Notes: generated by a model not told the origin, from the sequence alone. Positions 26,924 through 40,567 are shown, counted from the first letter of the stretch. The stretch is 64,000 nucleotides of DNA from Octopus vulgaris (GCA_951406725.2 OX597831.1:82336001-82400000), one strand, 5' to 3'. Made by a program: numbers and translations.

Positions 26924-27784
26924 GTGTTTGTCTTTAGTAAGTACCCCAAGCTAGGTTAGGCAATGATCGTTGATGTAACATTTTTCAATTTGAAGAAATA
27001 GAGGAATTTATATTGGAATGGAGATTTTGGAAGAGAATTCTTGGGAAAATATCTGAAATAGAAAGAAGAAACTCGGTGAGGTTTTCCAATATTCGACAAT
27101 CTACTAGCAGTGATGCTGCACTGGCATCATAGCTAGCAACATGTTGTCCTTGTTGGGTTTGATGCCATCAGGAAGGTGAAGAAGATGTTGTTACTTTACT
27201 CACAGAATCAGACAAGATGGATATTAACATGCTGCCAAACCATGTTCTACCGTATAATTTACCATAGTTAGCTGTGTAAGAGAGAGGAAGGGTGAGGAGA
27301 GATTTCCATGGAAGAATAAATGATGTAACCATAGAAACAGCAAATAACATCCATGACGTAGTAAAGATCAAAAAAGAAAGACAATTCCAAGTGCATTTAA
27401 ATCATTCTTTCTTTTTCAATGCTGAAAGCTGATTGGCTGCATAAGTTAAGATAGAATTTGCCAGCAAAGTGAATTACCATTGTCAAATGTAGCTAATAAT
27501 GATTTCTATATAATTAGTTATGCTTAAGATGTATTGTATTCTTTGTATTCCTGTCATAAGTAGCAGGTTTTCATAGAGCAGAGGAAGTTTCTGTTAGTCA
27601 TTAAATATCTGAGACACCAATTTACTTTCTCTCCATCTTCATCTCACCAGTAAAGACCAACAAAGCATCCAACATGGCATAGATATTGACTATAGCACCA
27701 GCCTATACTCTCACTCAAGGCCTTTTATACAGCTGTATAGACATATAGTTACTGGTTGAAACATTAACCTATACTTTTACATGA

Positions 27785-28022
27785 TACCTATTTCTTTACT
27801 ACCCACACAAGGGGCTAAACACAGAGAGGACAAACAAGGACAGACAAACGGATTAAGTCAATTACATCGACCCCAGTGCATAACTGGTACTTATTTAATC
27901 GAGCCCAAAAGGATGAAAGGCAAAGTCGACCTCAGTGGAATTTGAACTCAGAACGTAACGGCAGACGAAATACCGCTAAGCATTTCGCCCGGTGTGCTAA
28001 CGTTTCTACCAGCTCACCGCCT
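27785..28022 (-). mobile_element. S2 SINE
   Basis: Reverse complement of 22987-23213. Confidence 0.85.
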
Positions 28023-28327
28023 TAGTTGTACCTAATGTACAACTATTTAGGCCCACAGTTATAGGCTGCGAAATTAGCTGATACTTTCACATGGTGCCTA
28101 TTATACAGCCAGATAGACTGCTGCAACAACAATACAAACTCAGCTTGTTAGATAATTTGGATGAATAAGATTGGCAAATAGCAACATTGGCAAACTGTTC
28201 GCTTTAAAGTTTTGAATATGTTTCTAATGCAACACAATCTGTTATTTTAGCAAAACTTACTGCTTTGGTGCTCAGTTATGTGATAGAAAGGGACACAACA
28301 GAATACGCACACACACTCCTCCTCCTC

Positions 28328-28404
<77 letters not shown>

Positions 28405-29344
28405 TATACATATACATACAAAGAGAGAACTTCTGGAGTTGATGAATTAACTGCAACTAAGAACTGAAAGCAAACGACATTGGACAGACGAGTAGCAATT
28501 ATAGAGAGACAAGAAGGACAGGTTGTCACAGTGAAGAGTCTTTAAATATCTGTTTATTGGTTGCTGCTGCTGCTGCTGCTTCCAAGTGATAGATGTGTGT
28601 TTGCGTCTGTTATTACTATAGAGGAGGAGGAGGAGGATGTCAATATTACTCTGAAAATTATCTTTCAAAATTTTTCTCAAAGTTGGAAAACTTTCAAAAA
28701 TGATGAAAGAGATAAATCATCAAACTAGTTTGTACAGGTGAATTGGGTGGGGGATGAGAGGGGGAAAAACAGTCAGGTAATTATAGACCTGTATATATAT
28801 ATATTTATGAAGGTAATTATGCACCTGCATATGTACTAATTTATAGATCTGCATATAATAGTTCATCATCATCATTTGTCCTTTTTTTTCCACGCTGGAA
28901 TGGGCTGGAATGGTCTGATAAGAACTGGCAAGCCAGAGGACTGGGCTGGGCTCCAGTGTTTGCCTTGGGGGTGGTTCTACTGCTAGCTGCCTTTCCTAAT
29001 GCCAATCACTTTACAGAGTGTACTAGGTGCCTTTCTCATAGCAACAGTATTCGTAAGGTCACCTAACCCCCAAAAGACAAGGCTCCCTCAGGTGAGTGGG
29101 TTATGTGTGTGTGTATGTATGCATGTTTGTCATTTAGTTTTATTTCTAAATTTCTTGCCACCTGAGAAAGAACCTAGATCCAAGGCTCCTTCATTAGAAT
29201 TTCAACAACATCAGCTGTGTAATTTTTTTATGTATGTATGTATACATGTAGATTCATATGTTTTATGTATATATTCTCATGCATATACTTACATATCTAG
29301 ACATGCTCATATATATATTTAAATGACAAACATCTGGAAAGTTT

Positions 29345-29935
29345 CACAGACTTTTACAGTTCCAGTGATGGATTGGATCTGTAGTCTTCGAATCAACAAC
29401 TTTCTCCTTTCTGGTTTTTGAGAAGCCTAATTTCTCAAGATTGGTATTTAGCCAGTGTGTTACATACCCCATGGACCCAATAATTGCAAGTATAAACCTG
29501 AACTTGTAATATGGATAGAGCAACTCCAGATTTCCCAATAGTTCAGCATAGGTGTTCTCTTTCTTACTGGTCTTCAGCTTTATGTTACCATCTGCTGAGC
29601 ACAGTTTCTATTCTCTATCTCAAATCATTATATCAAGTCTATTCCACTAATACTTCCTTTTCATTTTAAGTGGCTATGGCCTCTACCATACTGTGGGTTC
29701 TTATTTCTTTGTCTTTAGGGTTATCCTTTTGATGGATTTCATTACAGAGTGTCCTAGCTACAACATCATGTCTCATCGATAGATAATACTGTGATGACAT
29801 TTTCAGACAACTGCTTATGATGTGGATAATATCTTCAGTGTTAACTCCACAAAGCCTGCATCGGTTGTCACATTTTGCTGCTTTTCCTGCATCTCTCTCC
29901 CTTTTGTGCATCAGGCATTTGGTTGATAAGTGTGT
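29345..29935 (-). mobile_element. Non-LTR retrotransposon 3' remnant with CCHC knuckle and restriction-like endonuclease region (R4/Dong-like)
   Basis: ORF 29666..29983 reads CRLCGVNTEDIIHIISSC...YYLSMRHDVVA, a CCHC plus RHD motif of REL-endonuclease LINEs. Continues in ORF 29344..29538. Confidence 0.75.
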
Positions 29936-29979
29936 GTCTATGTATGCATGCATGCATACATGGTTCGAATGTACAGAAA

Positions 29980-30125
29980 ACAAAACACAGAGACAGGTGA
30001 GGGAACAAAAAGCAGGTGTATTAGTTTGATGTTCAGGAAAATTGGAAAAGTGTTTGATGGTTCAAGCCTACGCTGTTAACTGGAAAGGGACAAGAGGGCA
30101 AAAATGAAGAGAGAAAACACATCAG
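29980..30125 (-). mobile_element. Penelope-like terminal fragment (P1), diverged
   Basis: Reverse complement of 3050-3222. Confidence 0.5.
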
Positions 30126-30224
30126 AATGAATGGTTCCACTATAAATATATGTTTATAACTATAATAGATCTTCTGTCGAAAACTGTTGTCCCTAGAATA
30201 AAAATTGATAATCTATTGAATATG

Positions 30225-30281
<57 letters not shown>

Positions 30282-30755
30282 TATGGGAAAATAAGAAGAA
30301 CACGGTCTGTTTATCTGTTTCCTGGTTTCTCTCACTTGAGTGTAGCTACAACTTTGAAATTTTCAGTTATGTTCTATCCGTCTTGTAAGGGAGTGCGGAA
30401 CCAAAGTCAACCAAGCCATAAAGGAACCAAGTACCAGAAGGTATTTTTCTTTGACATACCATTCCTTGTTTGCATACATACACACCTGACAGGCATCTGT
30501 GACTTAAAGCTGAAGTACAAGATACTTCCCTAAGGGGCTGCGCAGTGTTAAACGTTGATATTAACAAGTAACCATAATACTTTTATTTTATTAATTTCTC
30601 TAAAAGGAACCATGAAAAATGGAATAAAAGCTGTCAGTTATATCCACCCCACTACCAATCACTTAGTCACAAGATGTGACCAGTGAAGGATGTATTATTA
30701 ATGTTTAAGTTGTCAAATAAATTAACAAAAAACATTAATGTGAAACCACAATTCT

Positions 30756-30880
30756 CATCATTTATCATTATCAATCATCAATCTTTATATAAATCATTTA
30801 TCATTATCAATCATAAATCTTTATATAAATCATTTATCATTATCAATCATAAATCTTTATATAAATCATTATCTTTATCA
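30756..30880. repeat. 36-bp tandem repeat, ~3 copies
   Basis: Unit ATCATTTATCATTATCAATCATAAATCTTTATATAA. Confidence 0.9.
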
Positions 30881-31634
30881 ATCATCTATATTCAAAAGAT
30901 TCTGCCATGCTCTAATTTTTATTTTCACCAAAGAGGTTATCAATGGATACAACACAGTTTGCTGCTCAATAAAGAAGTGAAATCAATGAAGACAAAATTT
31001 TAGGAAACTCAATATAAACCATTCCTGCCAACAGTTCTGGAGAGGAATCTTGCAAACAATGATATCACAGATTTGTTTCCTGAGACAGAGAAACAAAACA
31101 ACAATTTATGGAAAATACAGCAACAGGACAGTTGATAGTTTATATTCTTTCCTGTTCTGCTTTTATCTGTGTTAGTCTCAGTCTATTCAGCTGTAAGCGT
31201 GTACCACATTGTGGTGCTACTCACTCTGTTACTGAGCAAAATGGAGCACTACATGCAAACAGTCTTCCACCATGCCACCCATTATGGAATGTCCAAAATA
31301 ACAGCTTCTAACAAGAGATTTCTTTTATTAACCTCAGAGCAATGACAGACTGTCTCTTTATTGGAATTTGAACTCAGGACACCAAAGGATATAACACGAG
31401 ACATTTAGCCTGACCTTTTATCATTTCTACAGCTTAACAACAACAATAACGATGATGATGGTGACGAGGGCTTCTAATGTAAGCAGTAGAACTCAAATAC
31501 GGCAGGGCAGGAGTAACTTCAGACATTAGCTGATACTTTTTCTCCAACACACAAGGATGAACATTAAAATCTACTTTGGCAGGATTTGAATTTACTCCAG
31601 TGGTGTCCACTACTGCTCTTACTACTATTTCCTG

Positions 31635-31820
31635 AAGTCCCGGTCACTAGTCATTGCCTCGGTGAGACCCGATGTTCGAAGGTCATGCTTCACCACCTCA
31701 TCCCAGCTCTTCCTGGGTCTACCTCTTCTACAGGTTCCCTCAGCTGCTAGGGTGTGGCACTTTTTCATACAGCTATCCACATCCATTCTTGCCACATGAC
31801 CATACCAGTGCAGTCGTCTC
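31635..31820 (-). mobile_element. RTE ORF2 C-terminal fragment
   Basis: Reverse complement of the RRLRWYGHV...[15 protein letters not shown] segment at 32250-32445. Confidence 0.8.
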
Positions 31821-31828
31821 TATGTATG

Positions 31829-31891
<63 letters not shown>

Positions 31892-31902
31892 ATATATATA
31901 TG

Positions 31903-31939
<37 letters not shown>

Positions 31940-32092
31940 GAACATATATATATATATGTATGTATGTATGTATGTGTAGATATATATGTATGTGCATATA
32001 TATGTATGTGTATATATATATGTATATGTATATATGTATGTATATATATATGCATATATATATAAATATATATATATATATGTATGTGTATG

Positions 32093-32125
<33 letters not shown>

Positions 32126-32149
32126 AGTATATGTATGTGTATATATATG

Positions 32150-32180
<31 letters not shown>

Positions 32181-32184
32181 GTAT

Positions 32185-33115
32185 TCTCACCCTGAGAGAA
32201 GCACCCTGACAGAAATGCTGGACATAAGAAGCATCAGATGTGGTGTGCAAGAGCGACGCTTGCGATGGTATGGTCATGTACTGCGGATGGATGAGCAGAG
32301 ATGTGTGAAGAAGTGCCACTCCCAAACTGTTGAAGGTATCAGGGGGAGAGGTAGACCCAGGAAGACATGGGATGAGGTAGTCAAGCATGACCTCAGAGCG
32401 TTGGGCCTCACTGAGGCGATGGCGAAGGACCGAGATCTCTGGAGATATGCTGTGACTGCAAAGACCCGGGCTGCTTCCTGCACCAGTTCCGCATAGCCCC
32501 TGCCCATTCAAAGTACCCTGGATTCCAGAACATCCCGCTGTGCTTGAGGAGACCTGTTGAGTCATGAACATGAACATCGAAATAAATATCAATGGAAATA
32601 GTAGTCGTGATACCTGTGCCGATGGCACATAAAAAGCACCATCCGAACATGGCCGACTGGCTTCTGTGCCGGTAGCACATAAAAAGCACCATCTGAACGT
32701 GGCCGATGCAAGTGCTGCCCTGACTAGCTTCTGTGCCGATGGCACATAAAAAGCACTGTCCGAACGTGGCCGATGCCAGCGCTGCCTCGACTGGCTCCAG
32801 TGCCGGTGGCACATAAAAAGCACCATCCAAACGTGGCCGTTGCCAGCGCCGCCTTGGCTGGCTTCCGTGCCAGTGGCACGTTAAAAGCTCCAACCGATCG
32901 TGGATGATGCCGGACCACCCCTGGCACCTGTGCAGGTGGTTTGTAAAAAGCGCCTACTACACTCACGGAGTGGTTGGCGTTAGGAAGGGCATCCAACTGT
33001 AGAAACTCTGCCAGATCAGACTGGAGCCTGGTGCAGCCCCTGGCTTCCCAGACCCCGGTCGAACCATCCAACCCGTGCTAGCGCAGAAAACGGACGTTAA
33101 ACGATGATGATGATG
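32185..33115 (+). mobile_element. RTE-clade LINE 3' end (ORF2 C-terminus, 3' UTR with ~67-bp internal repeats, (GAT)n tail)
   Basis: ORF 32131..32496 reads [14 protein letters not shown]...[17 protein letters not shown]. Confidence 0.88.
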
Positions 33116-33254
33116 TGTAGTATATGTATATGTATATATATGTATGTGTAGTATATATATGTGTATATATATGTATGTGTAGTATATATATGTGTATATA
33201 TATATGTATGTGTATATGTGTGTGTATATATATATATATGTGTGTGTGTATGTA

Positions 33255-33305
<51 letters not shown>

Positions 33306-33319
33306 TCGAACTCAGTACA

Positions 33320-33605
33320 CATATCAACATTACGTCACAATTACTTCACCTCAACCAGTCCAGCTCCCTTTAATACCATATCAAAATACATCAAAACGGA
33401 AACGGATCCCATAAAATTCAAGCGTTCACAGGACAAATTTCTTCAAAAAATCCTGGACCAACCTCTTATACCCGGATATGCCTCCAACAATAATAACCCA
33501 TTGATATAGTGGGTTGTGGTACTCCATATATGACTAAAAGGCTTCACCAGGAAGTGCTATTGAGTTAGACATGGCCTGAGCCTATACTGGCTGAAACTCA
33601 TCAGT
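33320..33605 (+). mobile_element. CR1-type LINE 3' fragment
   Basis: KYIKTETDPIKFKRSQDKFLQKILDQP..PGY and the tail are homologous to 53590-53870. Confidence 0.85.
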
Positions 33606-33606
33606 T

Positions 33607-33930
33607 ATACATGCATGCATGCATGTATGTATGTATGTATGTATGTATGTATGTATGTATGTATGTATGTATGTATGTATGTATGTATGTATGTATGTAT
33701 GTATGTATGTATGTATGCATGCATGCATGTTTGTATGTATGTATGTATGTATGTATGTATGTATGTATGTATGTATGTATGCATGTATGTATGTATGTAT
33801 GTATGTATGTATGTATGCATGCATGCATGCATGCACGCACGTACGTACGTACGTATGTACGTACGTATGTATGTATGCATGCATGCATGTATGTATGTAT
33901 GTATGCATGTATGTATGTATCTATGCATGT
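33607..33930. repeat. (ATGT)n / (ATGC)n tetranucleotide microsatellite
   Basis: Directly visible. Confidence 0.97.
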
Positions 33931-34282
33931 GCAAGACCCTGCCTCTATAAAGCTGGACTCAAGAGTCATCTTCGTAGTCATAAAGCGAGACAGATGAGTG
34001 ACAACCTGGCCACTGTGGTTTGTGTTACACACCATACTAATCATATCTGTCGGGCATGTGGAAGAGAGTGTAATTCGGCAGGAGGACTTAAACGACATGC
34101 AAAGGTACATGAAGCCCAGTTACAACTACAGCCGGTTATTACCAGTGAAGGTTTTAGTTGCCAATTCTGTACAAGACATTGTAGATCTTTAGCTGGGCTA
34201 AAAAGTCACATTCGATCACAGCACCAGTAACAGTTAAGCTTCGTGCAATGGCCATACTCGATAACGAGGGGGCAGCCATAAT
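33925..34282 (+). mobile_element. 5'-truncated retro-fragment encoding C2H2 zinc fingers (probable RTE-type LINE 3' end)
   Basis: C..PCLYKAGLKSHLRSH, CRACGRECNSAGGLKRHAKVH, CQFCTRHCRSLAGLKSHIRSQH, stop at 34230, then a short tail. Embedded in microsatellite; no TGEKP linkers. Confidence 0.65.
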
Positions 34283-34587
34283 ATGTATGTATGCATGCAT
34301 ACATGCATGTATTTATATATGCATGTATATATTTATACATATGTGTGTGAGCGTTATACTAATACATCTGTTTGTTTTGTACACCACCCGCCTTCATCTT
34401 TTGTTTTTCTCATGAACTCTCCCCCTGTATGTATATATATATGTGTATATATTTATATATATATGTATGTATTTATATATGTGTGTGTATGTATATATGT
34501 GTATATACGTATTTATATATGTGTATGTATATATATATATATATATGTGTATATATATATGTGCGTGTGTGTGTATATATGCATATA

Positions 34588-34735
34588 TATGAGAGTGAGT
34601 CAAAAAGTAATGCCTTTTTGTGTAGGAGAGGTATAATTACCAACACAGAAACATGTATCATACATCAAAATGAAGCTGGTCCTCTGTGGATCACATCCCT
34701 ACTTCTCAACATAGTCACCGTTTCTCTCTGTGATG
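34588..34735 (+). mobile_element. Possible mariner terminal fragment
   Basis: TATGAGAGTGAGTCAAAAAGTAATG resembles a mariner TIR starting at TA. No partner end seen. Confidence 0.4.
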
Positions 34736-34762
34736 GGGTCAAGAGATGATAGTCCATATATA

Positions 34763-34838
<76 letters not shown>

Positions 34839-37800
34839 TAGATAGATAGATATTTTTTATTTTTTTATTTTATTTTATATAGTTTCAGCTCACGAGCTGT
34901 GGCCATGCTGGGGCACCGCCATATATAGATATATATGGATACACATATATGAATACGCATGTGTATGTATACATATCCTCTTCTTGGAAGAAAATGTGCC
35001 ACTGAGAACATTGACAAGTTTTTACCAAGTATGGAAGCTGTTCATTCTTGTGTCCAAATCAACCACAACTTGTTTGCACTCTTTATTTTCCTTGATTTAT
35101 TAAACACTATGAAATTTTGTGTCTGTTTTTCACACAGCGAAGAAAGAGAAATTCTTCTATTAATTTTGTAGCATAAAAATTCTTTTTCTTTTTTTTTAAT
35201 GAATCTGATTTTAATGAAGTAAATAGCATAATTAAATAAATTTAATTACAAGTATTTGTAATTAATGCTTCATGGAGTTCAGTACTTTTATAAATTGTGA
35301 TTAACTAACAGTTTATTGTAGATGAGAGGGTAACATCATTGACCAAATAAATAAACCACATGACAACCAGTTTGACCAATTGCTGACCCTGCATTACGTC
35401 AGTGGTCACATGGCTCAGTTCACTTAGCTGAACATAGGTACCACATTATAGTGACAATACATTGGTCTAAACAACCACACTGTTAGACATAATTGTTACT
35501 TAGCTTGATAACTGACAGTGTTAAGTTAAACTCCTTCAAGGGATTTGAGGAAAATACCCCATTACTGAATCTCACCCAAGAGATCAACTGTAATCCCTGC
35601 CCCACCCCATTGGATCTAGGGACTGGTTCTGATTTTTAACTGCTGCTGATAAAATCAAACTGATCACAGACAAGACATCTACCACAAAAGATCTGACCAT
35701 CAAAAAGAGTAGAGTTCGATAAACCGAAATACACGTTGGTACATTCATTGTTATTCATTTCACTTTTTGAGGAACTCTCAGAACTATCTTCCTGTAATGA
35801 CTTAAAGGTGTTAGTTTTTGTCATAACATGTTATCACTGCTTTTCCTCTTTGTGTGCAAAGCTTTTCAATATTAAATTTGTGATGAGAATTGTTTGAGAA
35901 CAGTGTGACAAAACAACTACAACATAAAGACAACAGGCTGAACGATATCTGTATAATGTATAGAGAGATGTGTAGGGAAAATTACAATGAAATTCACCTG
36001 GAAAATTATAAAATTATGTGGAAAATGACAGAATTACATGAAAGCAACAAAAAAATTAAATATATAAATAAAAACCAATGGTTATCATTAAATAAATAAC
36101 AAATATGAGGAAAGATTTTAATGATTGATAGTAAAGTGTTTAAATTAGTGTATACAAACTAGAGAGAAGAGACTCTGACATATGATTGGAGGGGATTAGC
36201 AGTGGATTAGAGGATTAGCAGATATTTAAAGTGGATTGTGAATAAAAATAATTTAGAACAAACAGAAAACCAGGAAATGTTTGTGATGGAGAAATTAGAG
36301 GTTTTATAGCAAAAGCAAAATATTAATAATGGCTAATGACACTGCTGTTGCTAATGATTACAAATACACACAGGCACACACATCTTTATATATATATATT
36401 TCATGCAGATAAAGATTCTGTGTGTGTGTGTGTGTGTGTGTGTATACATATGTATGTATGTATGTATATGTATGTATATATGCACAGACACATGCTAAAC
36501 ATAACCACACACACAACATACATGATGTATATTAAAGAACATAACAAGAACAAGAAACTCAAAGAAACAACAGTGAAGCCTCACTCCTGAATGAATAAAT
36601 TACGTCCACTTTGTGTATTGAGTACTATTTTCTCTCATTTACTTATCCAAGCATGTAAGTGTGGTGTACGTACATACTTACACACATGAACACACCCTCT
36701 CACAATACACATTTGTGTGTGTGTGTATATATGTGTGAGTGTGTGTATGTGTGTATTTGTGTGCGCACGCACATCAGCTTTTAACTTTTCATGTGATTCC
36801 TGACGAAGTGTTTTGATTTATTCATGTTTGAAAACAATGACGACAACAGCAATATTACAAACATCAAAGCCACACCCATCACCACCATCAACAACAACAA
36901 CAACAACAACAACAACATTGAAAGACGAGCTGATGGAGGCAACTATTAAAATTAAACTGTAGAATTTAAAATTTGAAAGTCTGTGAATCAACATTACTGA
37001 TAACAATGTTGGCTGTTGAGGCAGATAACAATCTCTTGCAAAACAGAAAGAAATATCGAATCGCAAGTTAGTCTTTCAAATTGAAGTCAGCAGTGTTGAT
37101 CTAGATTACAAATTTAGTAATTAAATATATTTTTGCTATCAACTTTTGAATCAGTTAATATTTATTTCATATTTATTTCATTGTTGTCAAAAATATCAGT
37201 AAATTACTGATAATTAGGTCAATAGAAATATTTATAATTATTTGTTAAAATTGTTTATTTCAAATTTATTAAAAAAAAGCCTTGAAAATATTTGATTTTT
37301 ATTTCTATTCTATCTTTTTATTTTCATGTGTTTGAAAAAAAAATACTACAAGAATCTAAAAATGTCGAAATAGATGTCTACAACATTGAATATTATTTAT
37401 TTAATTTAGTACAAACTAATGAATTCATTTATTCTTTAATCTAGTTATAGAAGCAGAACAAAAGTCACTAATTATCCCATCCGATGCTCTAAGAATTCCA
37501 TCAAGCCGCTTCTGCCTTGAACTGGGGCTTTATTAACTCCAATCCAGGATGAAACAGTTGATCTTGCTGGGATTTGAACTCACAATGCAAGAAATCAGAA
37601 CATGTACTGCAATGCATTTTACTCTCAAGATGTTGTTTATGCAGCTTCCCTGGCCAATGAGTGCCCACATGGTTATTAATTTATCAGAAATAGCTGCAAA
37701 ATCGCCTGACAAAGGAAGGACTCATTGGATAATGTAGATAAACTGAATAAAAGACAGAAATGTCAATAATAGAGCATCAGGAATCTGTGGATTGACCAGG

Positions 37801-38401
37801 GGTCAGTGCTAGAACACTGACTGTGGGCTAATAGCTGGCCTTCAACATACTTCAGTGTCCACAAAAATATTACAAAATGAGTTTCCAAGAATTAAATATT
37901 TATTTCTCTTTCACATAAACACCAAATTAATAATATAAAAACAGAATTATTTTCCCAAATTCTCCAAGATTATTGATTATTCAGAACATTAAATACGAAG
38001 ACCGTTGTTGTTGATAGATTACAAAGTGATACAACAACAGTGAAGGAATACAGTTTTATATTTTCTAAACCTGATTCTAAAATTTAATGGGGGGGGGGGG
38101 GTGAGATAGCAGAGCACCACACTAGATTCCTCATAGTATTCACTTACATGTCTCTGACTATACTGTAAGCACAGATGCATAAAAGTAGCTGAAATATAAC
38201 TGGCTCAGTAACCTCTTGCATTAGTGTTTGGCTTTGTGCCTTGTTAAAGATGTGGTTCATTAGTTAAGTATCTAATTAGTAATGATAATAAGATAATATT
38301 GCCACTTAATGAATGTATGGACAAATGTAAACATTCAGGAAATCTTGTTGTTCTACTCACTCATTAATCATTTCACTCGAATGTTTACATAACTCATTTA
38401 A

Positions 38402-38437
<36 letters not shown>

Positions 38438-40246
38438 TAACTATGTCCAGGGTATGATTTAATGTACTACAAGTGTTGGAGGGTAAGAGGAAATGACTTA
38501 TCTAGTTCTGGTTTGTAACATTGTGAGTTCAAATCCTGTCGAGGTCAACTTTGCCTTAAATCCTTCTGAGATTAACAAGTACGGTAAACTACTCTTCATT
38601 TGCTTCTTAATTTATCATCTAAATTATAATTTTCTACTGGAATCGGTGAACAGTAGCATTGTCATTACGTTACAGGATTCCAACAAATCAAAAAGTGAAT
38701 CACTGCATTTCTGATGGTGAGGGCCATAAGGGAGTGTCTGTATCTTGGTGCAGAAAAACTGTTGTAAGGAACTTCTTTTGAAAAGCTTTTCTGGTTGATA
38801 GAAATCAGCAAAAGCAGTGTCCATTGAGTAAATTTCACTCACAAAGCATTAGTTAACCCATTGTTTTGAGTAGAAAGCACCTTGGGATTGAACCCAAAAC
38901 CATGTAGCTGTGAGGTAACTAAACAATGGTCATCGCTAACTTCACCTTTGCTGTTTACATTGTCGTTGTCACAGTATTTGTTACAAAGTGATTACTTTAT
39001 AGTAAATAGTCTACATTGTACTTACAGCGGTTCCTATGTAGTGTTTGTGCTATAGTTGTCTTAGTATTTAGCAAGTGAAACCTCCTTTGTTACATGTGTG
39101 TCTAACTGTAAATACAATGCATGTAGAAACTCCAAAAGAGTTTCTTCATGAGACTCTGTGAGCAGAAAGTTCCATCAACTCTGCCACCTCTTTTCTATAG
39201 AATACTTTTAACAACTACTTTAAAAATTGTTTACAAGAATTAAGTAAAGATGTTTTCTCAGAACCGAAAGTAAAAAGAATATTTCTAGATGAAGGATTAG
39301 AATCTCTTGAAACAGTGAAAGATATTAACCATAAATACTGGCAGAAACTGAGAACAATTTAAAATGTAAATCGGAAGATTAAAGAAGAAAAAAAAAAGGA
39401 TTTAGGAAAATAGATTATAAATTCCTGCCTTTTTATGTTGCAAGAGTTGGTTAAAAGGATCATTTAAATTATTTTACACTTTCAATAAAAATAAAAGAAG
39501 CAACCCATAATAAAATAAATCTCATATTTTAAAGTTCCAGCATTAGTGGAACTTTGTGTAATCTTCCATTTAGTTTGAAAGTTATTTGTTAAGATTGACC
39601 CCCAATCAATCTCTAAATCACCAATAAGTTAGTTTGATCAGTTTAAAAACGATGTTGCAAGTTAATATTCAAGTGGATTCACTAGTTTTATTATTTTCTC
39701 TCTCCATTTTTTCTTTAAATTGTGTCAGCTTTAAAGCTGTGGTCATGCTGGGGCACCACTGTTGAACTTTTGAAATAAAAACACAATAACTCTAGCCAAA
39801 AAGAATGGTGGTGGGGAGAGTGTGTGTGTGAAGAATAAGAAACATATGGCATCATTCTAAGAACATAACGGAAATAAAGAAAGACTATAAGTGTTGGAAG
39901 TGCAAGTTGTGAATTTTGAATAAATAACTAAAGGTTGCTGTTAAATTTCTGATGGCAAACTAATTCAGGTTAACACAGGAAACATACTTTGAAGAAAGAA
40001 ATGGAAAATCAGTTATAAAATTGCAAGTGGTTATATTTGTTTCTGTTTTTGTGTTAAGAAATCTTCTTTCAATAATCTAAATGTCACGACATGCAAGTTA
40101 GTGGAGCTTGGCAGAAAAAGAATAAAATTAAGCCGAGAGTGAAATATATTTTCTATCTAATCGCTTTGGTAGCTTTGTACATATATACTTGCCTCCATTT
40201 TCTCGTCTGGAATACTTGTCTATATTTTCTTTCTTCGAATACTTGC

Positions 40247-40394
40247 CTGCACTCTCCTGTTTGGCTCTCTCAGAAGCTGCCGATGCCACACGACATTCTT
40301 GCAACTCTGGAGACGGTATAAGACCGGCTGGCTCCGTGGAGGGTGAGTTCCACTTTCGGGCCTGCCACCAATGAGGGTCATCTTTGTTGATTAC
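40247..40394 (-). CDS. CASK: CASK SH3 second exon ([49 protein letters not shown]), 148 nt, phase 0-1, GC donor
   Basis: Acceptor tttcag. WWQ and GLIPS are SH3 motifs. Donor CAG|gcaagt gives the phase 1 required by the next exon. A second in-frame GC donor would end the exon at 40193. Confidence 0.9.
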
Positions 40395-40567
40395 CTGAAA
40401 CACACCAAAACATACACACCTGTCAATGAAGGCAAATCTAATTATTTCAACCATCATATTAGTTATTGTAGTAATTATAAATCAGATTTCTGTGTTCAAT
40501 AAAGAAGAAACCAATGTGTGAACTAGACTTTAGCAATCAGTTGCTTAATTAATAATAATAATAATAA

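Noticed and set aside
33619-34230. Host C2H2 zinc-finger gene nested in CASK
   Set aside because: The 5' part is pure microsatellite, there are no TGEKP linkers or clear acceptor, and a retroelement-like tail follows. Treated as a retro-fragment.
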